A DNA stretch of 63,859 nucleotides, counting the filler, from Octopus bimaculoides (taxonomy: Eukaryota), in NCBI RefSeq assembly GCF_001194135.2. It is 4 parts of 4 records of this genome, joined end to end, with 100 filler letters (N's around TTAATTAATTAA, not from the genome) between each part and the next. Parts side by side here need not be neighbours in the genome. Positions count along the whole stretch, not along the records: positions 17,961 to 40,016 come from NC_068983.1; 3 more parts are not named here. One strand, 5' to 3'. Each line of letters opens with the position of its first letter. Position 1 is the first letter of the stretch. The notes under the pieces are model-generated. The model did no database searches and was not told the origin of the DNA. It saw nothing but the letters and a program-made list of their open reading frames with translations. Positions 24,154 to 36,466 of this stretch are shown here, piece after piece. Position numbers and translations under genes: made by a program.

Positions 24154-24513
24154 TGGCACTCCGTCGCTTACGTCTACGAGGGTTCCAGTTGATCCGATCA
24201 ACGGAACAGCCTGCTCGTGAAATTAACGTGCAAGTGGTTGAGCACTCCACAGACGCGTGTACCTTAACGTAGTTCTCGGGAATATTCAGCGTGACACGGC
24301 TGACCCTTTGAAATACAGGCACAACAGAAACAGGGAGTAAGAGAAAGTTGTGGTGAAAGAGTACAGCAGGGTTCGCCACCATCCCCTGCCGGAGCCTCGT
24401 GGAGCTTTAGGTGTTTTCGCTCAATAAACACTCACAACGCCCGGTCTGGGAATCGAAACCGCGATCCTATGACCGCGAGTCCGCTGCCCTAACCACTAGG
24501 CCACTGCGCCTCC
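24154..24513 (-). mobile_element. tRNA-derived SINE family C, full length
   Basis: The - strand head ggaggcgcagtggcctagtggttagggcagcggactcgcggtcataggatcgcggtttcgattccc has A/B boxes and a TCG (Arg) anticodon-like loop. Confidence 0.88.
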
Positions 24514-25094
24514 ACCAAGAATGTATGGAATAAGAGCTAACTAAAAGTCTGAAAACAAGAATGGACGTTTAGAACAAAATTATGAAAATGTTTTGGACAA
24601 AGTGTTTACGTTATAACTTCGACCTTCAGTGCTCGGCTGGTCCTTGTTTTGTCGACTTTGTGGGGATGAAGGACAAGGTAGACTATAGTATATTGTAAAT
24701 TTTAGTAGGCGCAGTTGTTAGGCGGTAGAGTGTTGGGCATTATTATTCTTTATTATCGTTCTGATTTAACTTGGTCTTCCCATCCCTCACTAATGTATAA
24801 AATCAGCACCAGTGATACATAAAAGGCCTATTTAATCGACTATACCCTTTCTTTTGAACAATTATTTCCTTGGGCCCGAAATCAATCAATTTAATTTGTA
24901 GTTTACGATAGCAAATCATATTGCTTCACTTGGCGAATAATTATAAAGATTCACGATCATCGCTGTTGGCGGAGAGCTGAAGAGAACGTCTCCAAGGTGA
25001 TGAAAAACTCCTTAATTATAGTTCTCTTCCTGTTTACAGCGCCTAAGGTCATATCTCTCAGGTATATTGAGCTAATGTTAGTTAAGTGTCTTAC

Positions 25095-25172
25095 CTGTGG
25101 GCTCTGCACGATGCCTGTTTCAAAAACCTCGAACGATTCCCGTTTCGTGTTGCCATGCTCCCTCATGATTGT
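25095..25172 (-). CDS. Possible 78-nt exon (TIMREHGNTKRESFEVFETGIVQSPQ)
   Basis: ggcttcag acceptor and CAG|gtaaga donor; only phase 0 is open. The pyrimidine tract is supplied by a (GTT/GTG) microsatellite. No homology recognised. Confidence 0.3.
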
Positions 25173-26354
25173 CTGAAGCCGGCTTTCAACAACAACAACC
25201 ACCACCACCACCACCACCACCACTACTACCACTACTACTACTACTACCACCACCACCACCACCACCACCACCACTACTANNNNNNNNNNNNNCTACTACT
25301 ACTACTACTACTACTAGGATAAAATGCGATAAATAAATACATATTTTGGGGGCGGTAAGTTGAAATAAAATATCAAGTAAGTTGAAATTAACTTCCAGAT
25401 GCCACCCAGGGGTGATTTGAAATCGATTTTATTCCCCGATCCCACCTCTCTCTTCATGTACCATGCCTCCAGGCGTTGGCGATCATGAGCCTTCTTGATA
25501 TGTCTTAAGATTCATGACTTTCCTTCGGAAGGATTTTGCAGTCGTTTCCTGTAGTCTTGTTCCAGTGTATTTACATTTTACTTTGCTAGTTTCCTGCCCT
25601 CTGGGGATTACCCTTGAGGCAGATGGCCTTTTTAACCAGGTCGGGACTGTCTGGTGCACGTGACATCAAGATATTCGGATTACCGGAGGGTAGGATTTCA
25701 TCTTAGCTTCCGTAACTGAGAATGGTTTCGTATCATTTTAAAGTTTAGGTGAATTGAGATTAAACCTAAATTTCTATAACGGCGATTTCATATTATCTCC
25801 AATTCACGAACAATTTGATTCCTCAGTAAGGTAATTCAACACCATTTAAGTTGGTTATCGATTACAAATAAACGAAAGAAATACAAACAAAATATTTTCA
25901 GGATTTGAATAATTACGTTTGAGAGTAATTATTTACAGAGAAACAGACCGAACTGTAGTAAAGCAGAGAGTTAGATTATGTACATAGTATATATGATCAA
26001 TTACATACTAGTGGTAACTGTAACAATAAAATGAAAAGGAAAGAATTATGTATAATTTATAAACAGAATGGCGTTCAGTAGCCTAAAGCAAATGAAAATA
26101 TTGATCCACAACTAGTTATGTGCGAGGCAGCACTGCCTGGTTATGTGGATACCCTGTATAATCAATAATATATTCACATTCAAATGGATTCATATTTTTT
26201 CTAACCTTAAATAGGGATTTCAGATAATGTTCCGTAGAGATAAGCGATTTTATTAACGAATCATACCTTGATGCTGTGTGGATTGAGATCCCCGTTGACA
26301 GGCTACTGATCACTGGCCTTGTGCCTAAATTAGAAACCTTTGTTATATAGATAA

Positions 26355-28185
26355 CTAGCTGAATTACTCAGCGTTGCCCGGGTTACTGCTGTTCTTATTC
26401 AGATCAGTAAACAATAAATATGAAGATATATATATTTTTTCTCATAACTATTTCAAGATATCTATATTTTATTAAAAAAATACTCAAATTGTAATGATAA
26501 TAGAATTTAGAACTGAAAATCTGTCAATCTTGAAGCACCTCAGGGTAAACAATATTCATTGTGTAATTTTTTGTTGGTGTCCAAATGAATAAATTGTTGC
26601 TGCTTCCAACTCGCGAGCAACCAACATAGAGTTGGCTGTGGGAAAAGCATGTAGTAGAGATATGAAGTCCAACCATCTTGAAGGATTGACCCTGAGATTT
26701 GTTAAGTGAAATACTAAAACTTAGTTTGACTGGAAATTGAAGCCTCTGAAATTCAAATGGAATATCTGTTGGCATGAGAGGAAATTTCGCAATAAAGACA
26801 TTTTCTTCTTTGTGACTACTTGTTATGATTGTTGCTTGTAGGACATGGGACTTCATGGAAGTAACAATTTAGCGAGTTCCATTACACAGGCGAGGTGTGT
26901 CAAGATTCTTAAGCAACATAGTGAGAGCATCCAGTTTTAGTGTCAAGTTATGCGGTGGCATCCCTGTAGGTTTAAGTGTGTTCAGAAATTCAACAGGGTA
27001 TTCAACAGCCTGATCTTGATCGACTGATGTGAATTGATGGAAAAGTCATTTCTGATGTATCTTAATTTTTGAAGTTCATGATTGAGTTTATCAACCATTT
27101 CTTTAGTTGGAGCTTGTATAGCTCTTTCACATAGCCTGTTTAGGTTAGTGTAATTGACAATCACACATACACTCACACGAACATACACTGTCACATACAC
27201 TTACGTACACGTACACTCTCACATACACTGACATACATATACTAATACAGGCACACACAGACACACATTTATGTAACGAACATGCAAACACACACACACA
27301 CACACACTCACAGACACATACACACTCATATACAAATTGTGTGGTGGTGGTAGTGGTGGTATAAAATGTCCTTTACTGTGTGGTACGTAACGAACGCGCA
27401 AGCATACACACACGCACAAACACATACACACTCATATACAAACTGCGTCGTCGTCGTCGTCGTAGTATAAAATGTCCTTTACTCTGTCGTATGTAACGAA
27501 CGTGCAAACACACATACACACTGACAGACGCATACACACTCATATACAGAATGTGTCGTTATCGTAGCAGTATAAAATGTTCTTTACTATTTCGTACGCA
27601 AGGAAGGCGCAAACACACACACACTAACAGACATATACATACTCATATACAAAATGTGTCGTTGTCGTCGTGGTATAAAATGTCCTTTACTATGTTGTAG
27701 GCAACGAACGCGCAAGCACACACTAATATACACATTCATATACAAAGTGTGTCGTCGCCGTCGTGGTATAAAATCTTCTTTACTACAGCGTACGTAACGG
27801 ACGCACAAACATACACACACTCACAATGACAGACACATAAACACTCATATACAAAATGTGTCGTCATCGTGGTATAAAATCTCCTTTACTATGTCGTACG
27901 TAACGAACACACAAACATACACACACTGACAGACATATACACACTCATATACAAAATGTGACGTGGTGGTGGTATCGAACGTCCTTTACTATAGTTGACT
28001 ATAGAAAGATTATTTTCGAGAAAATGTTATATTGCTTTAATGCAAATGAAAATAAAAATTACATGTTGACATTCGCAAAGTGTAATACTGTTACCTTGCA
28101 AAATTTTATTTGATTTGGTGTAGTAGTTTGAGAATGCATAGGGAACAGACAGACAGAGAGACAAAGAATTTTATATATAGAGAGA
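26355..28185 (-). mobile_element. Helitron deletion derivative with PIF1-type helicase C-terminus and internal minisatellite
   Basis: 5' a|TCTCTCTATATATAAAA at 28185; 3' cccgggcaacgctgag hairpin and CTAG|t at 26355. ORF 26524-26856 RLQFPVKLSFSISLNKSQGQS..FSHSQLYVGCSRV; also LCERAIQAPT near 27120. Confidence 0.9.
27240..28000. repeat. Minisatellite of about 105 bp, about 7 units, inside the Helitron
   Basis: acacactcatataca..gtcgtcgtggtataaaatgtcctttact..gtaacgaac recurs near 27319, 27427, 27533, 27637, 27730, 27840 and 27939. Confidence 0.85.
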
Positions 28186-28314
28186 TAAAATCGACTGAAA
28201 GCTGTTCAGCAAGCAAGATGGTTGGTGAAGATGGCTAGCTTTTCTAGCAAACTAAATATGATAACATGGAAAATAATCCTATTAAATGTCCTTTTATAAA
28301 TTTATTTTATCAAG

Positions 28315-28400
28315 GTTTCGCTCCAAGGAAAAAAGGAATATTTGATTCGACTTCGTAACCCATGGGGTAAGACCGAATGGAAAGGCAAATGGAGCGACAG
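28315..28400 (+). CDS. Calpain-family protease exon with catalytic Asn ([28 protein letters not shown])
   Basis: RLRNPWG..EW.G.WSD is the calpain CysPc signature. Acceptor tttattttatcaag, donor AG|gtatgt; phase 0 to 2. Confidence 0.93.
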
Positions 28401-28859
28401 GTATGTAAATATTTATAAGCGTATAACACTTTCTGCCTGTTCACTCGTGTTTGCACACAGGTACTATAACAATAATGCTTCGTTTGTGGACAAGTGTTGT
28501 GTCAACTAAAGGTCGATGCATATGATATACGTAATATATAGTTTGAAACATAGTCAGATTGCGAGCGACAGAAAACCAGGTAATTGTGAGACAGTCAGCT
28601 TATTTCGCTTCATCAACCAAAAGCATCAATCTTTCAGTATTGTGACGGTTTGAAATACTGTATTTTTCGGGATGCACGTCGAATTTTTTAGACTAAGATT
28701 TAAGTCAAAAAGGTAGGTCGAGTTATACACTAAGACGACTACAGAGAACTTAAAATTCCATGTGAAATCACTGAAATTTTACTAATAAAATTTAAATACA
28801 AAGAAACAAAGAAACAGAAAAAGGAAAAAAAGGTAAAAAAAAGGTGCGCAGGCGGTTAA

Positions 28860-29290
28860 GCATCAGAAGGTGGAGGGGAGGGGGAAATGAGTTACGCACT
28901 CCAGAACAAAGGGTGTGCTCAGCCGTCTCCCGAAATCATGACTGCGATAGTGTTATCGTGGAGAATGGCCAACGACACTCGCTGCAGCAGGCACTCCTAC
29001 TCGCAGGGCTCATTCCTCAGACAGGCCGCCGTTATCCTGATTTTGCAGAGGAAATCGGTACTGCGGGGTCCTAGAACACCTGAGGTCTCGACGGCGAGCG
29101 GCACAAACTGATAGCGGCCAGTCAGGCCTCTGTATTTATTTATTTATTTATTTATTTATTTATTTTTCTCTCTTCTGTGTTACGGGTGGCGATACTCGGA
29201 TTTGCAGCTGATGCAGCAAAATTGGAGCCGGAGAACGTGTCGCTGCTCGTTGCATCCCAGGATTTGGAAAGACAGCGATAATGTTTTAAT
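28860..29290 (-). mobile_element. CRE-clade non-LTR retrotransposon, restriction-like endonuclease/C-terminal fragment
   Basis: Manual - strand translation: SWDATSSDTFSGSNFAASAANPSIATR, then a (TAAA)n tract, then YRGLTGRYQFVPLAVETSGVLGP..FL..LLQRVSLAILHDN. Confidence 0.7.
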
Positions 29291-30700
29291 TACTTCAACT
29301 TGTATGCCTGAAATTAAGGTATTCGAATGGCTGTCTTTACTTGCTGGTGTGCTGGAATATCTTGTGGAGAATTGGGTTTGCTTTTTGTTTGCTTTGCTGG
29401 ATTGGAATAGAGACAATACCCATGACATTCCCAGGCCTTCCTAGACAGGTGATACAAAAACTTTGGATGTTTTTCCCGAACCATTTATAAGTCAACACCC
29501 GCAGAAAAGGTATGAGTAGAGAAGGAATTCCAGTGGACCAATGTTCTTGGAAGGAAGAACCGGGTGAAGATATGAGTGCGGGCCCTGGGGTAGTGGACAC
29601 AACAAAGAAGATGAGCGGAGGAGAGGTGAGTGGGACGGAAATGACTGAGATGATGGGACATGAACCCAACTAGTTCCGTGGAGAAGAGGCATTATAGCAG
29701 TAGTAGAAAAGGCAGAGAGTTAGGCACACTACAGCCAAATGGTTAAGAAGGTCGCTTTGCAACTAAAGAATGCAGGTTTCATTCCACCGTCTTATATTTG
29801 GGCATATGTGATTTTCTATAGGTGCAGGTGTGACTATCGTTAAGAAACTCGCTTTATAATCATGTGTATATAATTACTTATTATTTTGAAAGTAAAGTGA
29901 AGACGTGAGAATTGTTGGTTAGAGTATTCAGCTCATTTTGCTCTATTTCACTCAGTTGGCAAAAATGAGTTGTACTTGTAACAATTCAAAGAGCCATCTT
30001 CATTACGTTTTGTGACGCGTTAAATCTCCCTGAGAACTACGTTAAGGGTACGCGTGCTTCGTGGAATGCTCAACCACTTACACATTAAATTCACGAGCAG
30101 GCTGGTCCGTTGATAGGATCAACTGGAGCACTCGTTGTCGTAACCGACGGAAAGCCGCTTTTTCTTTTAATCCGAAAATGACAAATAGCATTTGTTTTAT
30201 AAAATAATATTGTAATAAAGTTTTATTGAAAGACACCTTATTGTCAGCTGATTGTCAAAGACTTGATCATCAATGCATAACAACATTTTATTCATAACCA
30301 TTTCATCTCCCCTGTCTATTCTAATGCTATTACAACAGTTTCTCCCCGGAAATAACTTCACCCTGATACACATCAGACCATTGTGCCTCTCCTACCCTGT
30401 TCACTTCCTTTCCTCTGTCTGTCCATCCCTATCTCCCTCTCTCCTCCATCCCTTGACCTCTCCGTCCCTCCCCTCCCCCTCCGTCTCACTCTCTCTCTTT
30501 CTTGCTTTAAAGGCTCCATATTAGATAATTATTTCCCAGAATTTCGATACCATGTCATCCCTTTCTGTCGTTCATAGTTTTGTACTGGATGTTTAAAATG
30601 AACATCAACCGCATCGATATCACCAGTTCTTGAGAACATGCAAAGGTGAAGAGTACTGCATCTTCTTCCTAACGAAGTCATAAAAAAAGTATGAAGATAT

Positions 30701-31115
30701 AGGCGCAGGAGTGGCTGTGTGGTAAGTAGCTTGCTTACCAACCACATGGTTCCGGGTTCAGTCCCACTGCGTGGCACTTTGGGCAAGTGTCTTCTACTAT
30801 AGCCTCGGGCCGACCAAAGCCTTGTGAGTGGATTTGGTAGACGGAAACTGAAAGAAGACCGTCGTATATATATACATATATATATATATGTGTGTGTGTG
30901 TTTGTGTGTCCGTGTTTGTCCCCCCCCACCCAACATCGCGTGACAACCGATGCTGGTGTGTTTACGTCCCCGTAACTTAGCGGTTCGGCAAAAGAGACCG
31001 ATAGAATAAGTACTAGGCTTACAAAGAATAAGTCCTGGGGTCGATTTGCTCGATTAAAGGCGGTGCTCCAGCATGGCCGCAGTCAAATGACTGAAACAAG
31101 TAAAAGAGTAAAAGA
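30701..31115 (+). mobile_element. SINE family A, full length
   Basis: Head ggcgcaggagtggctgtgtggtaagtagc..gggttcagtccc, body tttgggcaagtgtcttct, tail gactgaaacaagtaaaagag. Confidence 0.9.
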
Positions 31116-31818
31116 GCAAGAGTATATGAACACTGTTGCCATGTTAACAGTTATTAGTTCTGTTGCCCAGTGGTGGTGGTAGTGACATGGCCCTCAGCTC
31201 CTAATAGAGTCATAGCAAATGACATGTCTTGTGGGTTATTTTGAGCCTGGCGGAGCTCGTCCTTCTCCAGGTCTTGACACACCTAATTTCTTTTAGACAG
31301 AAAGCATGAGACAGGAGAGAGAAAAAGAGAGTGAAAAAGAGAGAGAAGAATCGACCTCAGTATTTGGCTGCTACTTAATTTATTTACCGACCATTAAAAG
31401 ATGAAAAGTAAAGCTGACTTCGGTAGGATTTGAACGGGAAGCATCTTATCCAACTCTATAACGATTCTGCCGGACTTAAGTTCGCTCGTAACAAAGTTGT
31501 AAACGGCGCTATAAGTTGTAGTCGAAGCAGAGTTCCTTCCCTTCTTTCATTATAGGGGAAAAGTTGAGTGTGCGTGTGTGTGTGCGTGTGTGTGTGCGTG
31601 CTTGAGTGTGTGCATTTGTTTGTGTGTGCATGTGTCAGTACTGAATGTTTTTTTATATAATTTTTTCTACTCTAGGCACATGGCCCGAAATTTTTGGGGA
31701 TTAGATCGATTCAGTACGTAACTGGTACTTAATTTATCGACCCCAAAAGGATGAAAGGCAAAGTCGACCTCGGCGGAATTTCAAATATTATTATTATTAT
31801 CATTATTGTTAAATACAA

Positions 31819-32036
31819 GGGTGGCGAGCTGGCAGAAACGTTAGCACGTCGGGCGAAATGCTTAGCGGTATTTTGTCTGCCGTTACGTTCTGAGTTCACA
31901 TTCCGCCGAGGTCGACTTTGCCTTGCATCCTTTCGGGGTCGATGAATAAAGTACCAGTTACGCACTGGAGTCGATGAAATCGACTTAATCCCTTTGTCTG
32001 TCCTTGTTTGTCCCCTCTATGTTTAGCCCCCTTGTG
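31819..32036 (+). mobile_element. SINE family B, long-tail variant
   Basis: Same head as 21014; the tail ttgtctgtccttgtttgtcccctct is shared with the - strand copies at 42520-42740 and 61355-61545. Confidence 0.88.
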
Positions 32037-32798
32037 NNNNNNNNNNNNNNNNNNNNNNNNNNNNNNNNNNNNNNNNNNNNNNNNNNNNNNNNNNNNNNNN
32101 NNNNNNNNNNNNNNNNNNNNNNNNNNNNNNNNNNNNNNNNNNNNNNNNNNNNNNNNNNNNNNNNNNNNNNNNNNNNNNNNNNNNNNNNNNNNNNNNNNNN
32201 NNNNNNNNNNNNNNNNNNNNNNNNNNNNNNNNNNNNNNNNNNNNNNNNNNNNNNNNNNNNNNNNNNNNNNNNNNNNNNNNNNNNNNNNNNNNNNNNNNNN
32301 NNNNNNNNNNNNNNNNNNNNNNNNNNNNNNNNNNNNNNNNNNNNNNNNNNNNNNNNNNNNNNNNNNNNNNNNNNNNNNNNNNNNNNNNNNNNNNNNNNNN
32401 NNNNNNNNNNNNNNNNNNNNNNNNNNNNNNNNNNNNNNNNNNNNNNNNNNNNNNNNNNNNNNNNNNNNNNNNNNNNNNNNNNNNNNNNNNNNNNNNNNNN
32501 NNNNNNNNNNNNNNNNNNNNNNNNNNNNNNNNNNNNNNNNNNNNNNNNNNNNNNNNNNNNNNNNNNNNNNNNNNNNNNNNNNNNNNNNNNNNNNNNNNNN
32601 NNNNNNNNNNNNNNNNNNNNNNNNNNNNNNNNNNNNNNNNNNNNNNNNNNNNNNNNNNNNNNNNNNNNNNNNNNTGCGAGAGAAAAATCATCGTTCCCAT
32701 CTCTAGCCTTACGTGATACACACAGACCCGGGTTTCTCAGTAATATATTAAATCTCTGAACGAGAATATATATATATATATATATATAAATATGTATA

Positions 32799-32955
32799 GG
32801 GTTCCAGTTGATCCGATCAACGGAACAGCCTGTTCGTGAAATTAACGTGCAAGTGGCTGAGCACTCCACAGACACGTGTACCCTTGACGTAGTTCTCGGG
32901 AATATTCAGCGTGGAACCCTCGACGTCGTAAGCAACGGAGTGCCAACAACAACAA
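32799..32955. mobile_element. SINE family C copy with inverted body and forward tail
   Basis: 32799-32913 is the reverse complement of the family C body; 32914-32955 is the forward tail gaaccctcgacgtcgtaagc..gccaacaac. Confidence 0.8.
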
Positions 32956-33147
32956 TAGTTGCAGGTCTAGACATGCTCATATATACTTAAATGATAAACT
33001 TCTAGAAAGTTTTAGAGATTTTGTATTTATGTATGTATGCGATTATGTATGTGTGTATGTAGGTGTGTGTGCGTGTGATTGTTTTTGAATATATATAAAA
33101 ATTAGACTGTATAAATATAAAAATTATCAAATTATCATATTCTTCAG

Positions 33148-33225
33148 TTCACAGGAATGGGAAAAGATAGATGCCGATGAGAAGAATAAATTGGGTTTAT
33201 CGGAAAAGAACGAAGGAGAATTTTG
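33148..33225 (+). CDS. Calpain exon (SQEWEKIDADEKNKLGLSEKNEGEFW)
   Basis: tcttcag acceptor, TG|gtaag donor, 78 nt, phase 2 to 2. Joins both neighbours in frame; EGEFW motif. Confidence 0.92.
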
Positions 33226-33337
33226 GTAAGAAACATTTTTTTTTTGTTTATCTAAAATTAAAATGTCATTTTGGAAATACAGACAGCTCATAATTAGTCG
33301 TGAGTCTTTGCAAACATAAAATAAATAAATAAATAAA

Positions 33338-33575
33338 TGCGCCCTTTTAAAGCCTAGTCAGGCTCTTGGGCCCGGTTTCCCGGTTTCAATGGCGTATGTG
33401 TTCCCCAGCTGGACGAGACGCCAGTCCATAGCAGCGTTACTCATTTTTGCCAGCTGAGTGGACTGGAGCAACGTGAAATGAAGTGTTTTGCTCAAGAACA
33501 CAACGCGTCACCCGGTCCAGGAATCGAAACCACAATCTTACGATCATGGTGCTGACACCCTAACCACCAGGCCAT
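33338..33575 (-). mobile_element. SINE family D
   Basis: High similarity to 20566-20814. Confidence 0.85.
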
Positions 33576-35084
33576 AAACATACACAATAATTATTGCAAG
33601 CATACACAATAATTATTAGTTTTATTATCAGTGATGTGTTATGATACATACCTATGATGTTCTATTCTATAAAGTCATTTAATGTTGCCTCTAACACGTA
33701 GGTTTTTTGTTGTGTTGGAATAGGAAAAAGAAAAAAAGTATATCATCAATGAAATTAAAAGAAAAAGTCTGCTTTGAGTAAATGTTTTTCGCAAATGTCA
33801 ACAATATGAGATTTAGTATTTAAAACAGTGGAAATTTGAAGCTGTGGTTGTTGGCCAATTTTTCTAGTTGACGAAAAAATAATATCTGAGTCAAAGAGAG
33901 AACCGCTATGTGATTGCTCGAACTGGAAGGATTTAGAAACCAAATTTAGAATATGCTCTACTGTTTTAAAAACGAAATCCCACATTGAATAAGATGGTAA
34001 TAAATGTATTCATTCAGGTCTGACCTAAGCTAAACAGCAAAATATATTTTTTTAAGCTTTTGCTTCTCAATAATTATATAAGTTTAAGGTGGCGAGCTGG
34101 CACAAACGTTAGCACGCCGGACAAAATGCTTTGCAGTATTCCGTCCGTCTTTATGTTTCCGAGATTGACTTTGCCTTTTATTTTTTCGGGGGTCGATAAA
34201 ATTAGTACCAGTAGAACACAGGGGCTGATGTAATCGGCTTACTCCTCCCCCCAAATTGCTGGCCTTGTGCTAAAATTTGAAACCAATAATTTTACTTTTC
34301 TTTTTCTAGGCTGTTATTTTTCATCAATGATTTTTAATCAAAAATTTCAATATGCGGTGGAAGCAAAACAATTACAGCTAAGTTCTAGTTTGCGATAGAT
34401 TTATTTAGCAATTTGCTATAAGTTCTCAGGAAGAGAACACATAGCGGTCAACACAACATGAAATATGTCAGGGCATTCTCCATTATTTTTTTATGTACGC
34501 AAAGAGTAACAAGATATATTCACGTATGTTTAAATTTCCATAGCTAAAAGGTTAAATGCTATAGTTTACTTGAAGTTCATCTTACATGTAATGCTTTGAA
34601 TCTCAGTCAGATTCACCCTCCATCCTTCTAGAGTCGATAAAATAATACCAACCATAAACTGGATTGCCCTTAATTGATTACACCCACTCACAAAGTTTAA
34701 GATATTGTCTCTGTTAGAAATCAGTAACAGAATAGTATATTCCAACATGCTCCATTGACAGTGCTTGAATTCATTAAGTAAAGTTGATAATAATCAAGAG
34801 TTTGGTGATATTGCAGTTATTGTTAACTTGTTGAAAATATTCAGTAAAAATTATAAAAAATTGACGTACATAAAAATGAAACGAAATTGGAGGGGGAGGG
34901 AGGCAAAAATGTCTTTCCGAAAATAGTAGCTGAAAAACAGGAAAAAAAAAACAAGCTAAAAGCAATAGAAATGCACGAACGATTGTGGTGGTACCATGAA
35001 GTAAACAAGCTTCAGATACACTCGTTTATTCATACGAACGTAACTGAGATGAAATAGGTCATAAATAACAGTGACAAACGAAAT

Positions 35085-35295
35085 ATACACCGCCGGAAGT
35101 TGTTGTTGACAAACAACAGCAGTAATTTTATTTAGCTGAATACACGTCATTGATTGGTTGAAATTACCGAAATACGACAACTTTAACACGAAATAACTTT
35201 GAAAATACAAACTTTTCTCAACAGCACTGAGAGTAAAAGATGTTTTATATGACACATTCTACCAGTGTCCGAAGTTTGAAAGTGTTTAGTTACAA
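35085..35295. repeat. Unclassified dispersed repeat; second direct copy at about 36190-36400
   Basis: Shared ccggaagttgttg..gattggtt.aaattacc.aaatacgacaac..gacacattc..ccagt.tccgaagttt. Confidence 0.65.
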
Positions 35296-35490
35296 AAAAT
35301 GAATTTCTCGATGTGCCGTTCAAAGGGTAAAGATCCTCCAAAACATTTATTACAAAAGAAGGTCAATTGTAAAGTTACAGAAAAATATAGTCTCTTATAT
35401 GATTTGTCCGGAGCCGTTTCTTCACCGATTACACAATATAAGTGATTTCATGAAAAGATGTCCTTTAAAACGATTTGTTATCCTTGACAG

Positions 35491-35590
35491 GATGAGCATC
35501 GGAGATGTAATGAAACACTTCGACCTTTTAGACCTGTGCCATCAAGATAAGGAAGCCTTTATAAGCAGTCTGGAGGACAAAGGAGATAAG
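35491..35590 (+). CDS. Calpain exon ending the catalytic domain (MSIGDVMKHFDLLDLCHQDKEAFISSLEDKGDK)
   Basis: ccttgacag acceptor, AAG|gtatga donor, 100 nt, phase 2 to 0. Corresponds to the FWMS..F....F..L..C segment of calpains. Confidence 0.9.
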
Positions 35591-36466
35591 GTATGAGATT
35601 CTTGCTTTGCTTTTCTTGAGATAATTTCGTTATCAACTATCGAAGTAATTTTACAAAAAAATCTTTTCACACCAAGTAATTATTTTAAAAAACAAACTAA
35701 TGATTGATAGTTTTACTAATCTTATACATATTAGTTATAGAAGTAGTTTGATCGGATGGTTGAGAAGTTCGCTTCGCAATCCGTTGTTCATGCTGTCCAT
35801 CACACACACACACACATTCATATGTAAAGCTGATAAAACCCCGAATGGAAGCAAGGAAAAGGAGAGGGTTTAATAAATTAATATGCAGTGGTAGGAGGTT
35901 GGTAAATTTATATATGCTGTCGTTCAGATCGTCAACATACCACTACTCTCTCTGATCTCTCTCTCTCTACGATTTGCTGGAAATAACAGCCAATTCTCTC
36001 TCAGTGTCACACGCTAACATATAAATGAGAGGACACATTGGATAAGATGGAAAAAATACACACGCACACACAGACGTATGTATTCCTTATAAAAGAAGTT
36101 TCTGCTTTTTCATCCACCTTATAAAAGAACCCTCTGTTTTTCTCACCCACCTTTCTTATCTTTTATACTTTTCTCCCACCATGACCAGATGACCCGGAAG
36201 TTGTTGCCCTTCTATTACTTTCACAAGCAGCAGTAACTTTCTTCAGCTGAATGCACCTCGTTGATTGGTTAAAATTACCCAAATACGACAACACGAAATA
36301 ACTTCTAAAATACAAAATTTTGTCAAAAACGTTAAGAGTAAACCGTGTTCTACGTGACACATTCAGCCAGTATCCGAAGTTTCAAACTGTTTAATTAAAA
36401 AGTCTGTGACTGGGATTGAAAAGATACCTGACGAGGATCCATTTACTACGGAGGGGGAGCGCTAAG

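Noticed and set aside
24440-24513. tRNA-like sequences with A/B boxes (also 20745-20814, 30701-30770 and 33500-33575)
   Set aside because: They are SINE heads continuing into SINE bodies and lack a proper acceptor stem.
24957-25322. Poly-Val/His/Thr/Asn/Ser/Tyr-Ile ORFs (also 19.0, 22.3, 43.5, 44.6, 49.5 and 54.8 kb)
   Set aside because: Translations of microsatellites.
27240-28000. Repeat-spacer-like array suggestive of CRISPR
   Set aside because: The intervening segments are homologous to each other, units are about 105 bp, the array lies inside a Helitron, and no cas genes are present in this eukaryotic context.
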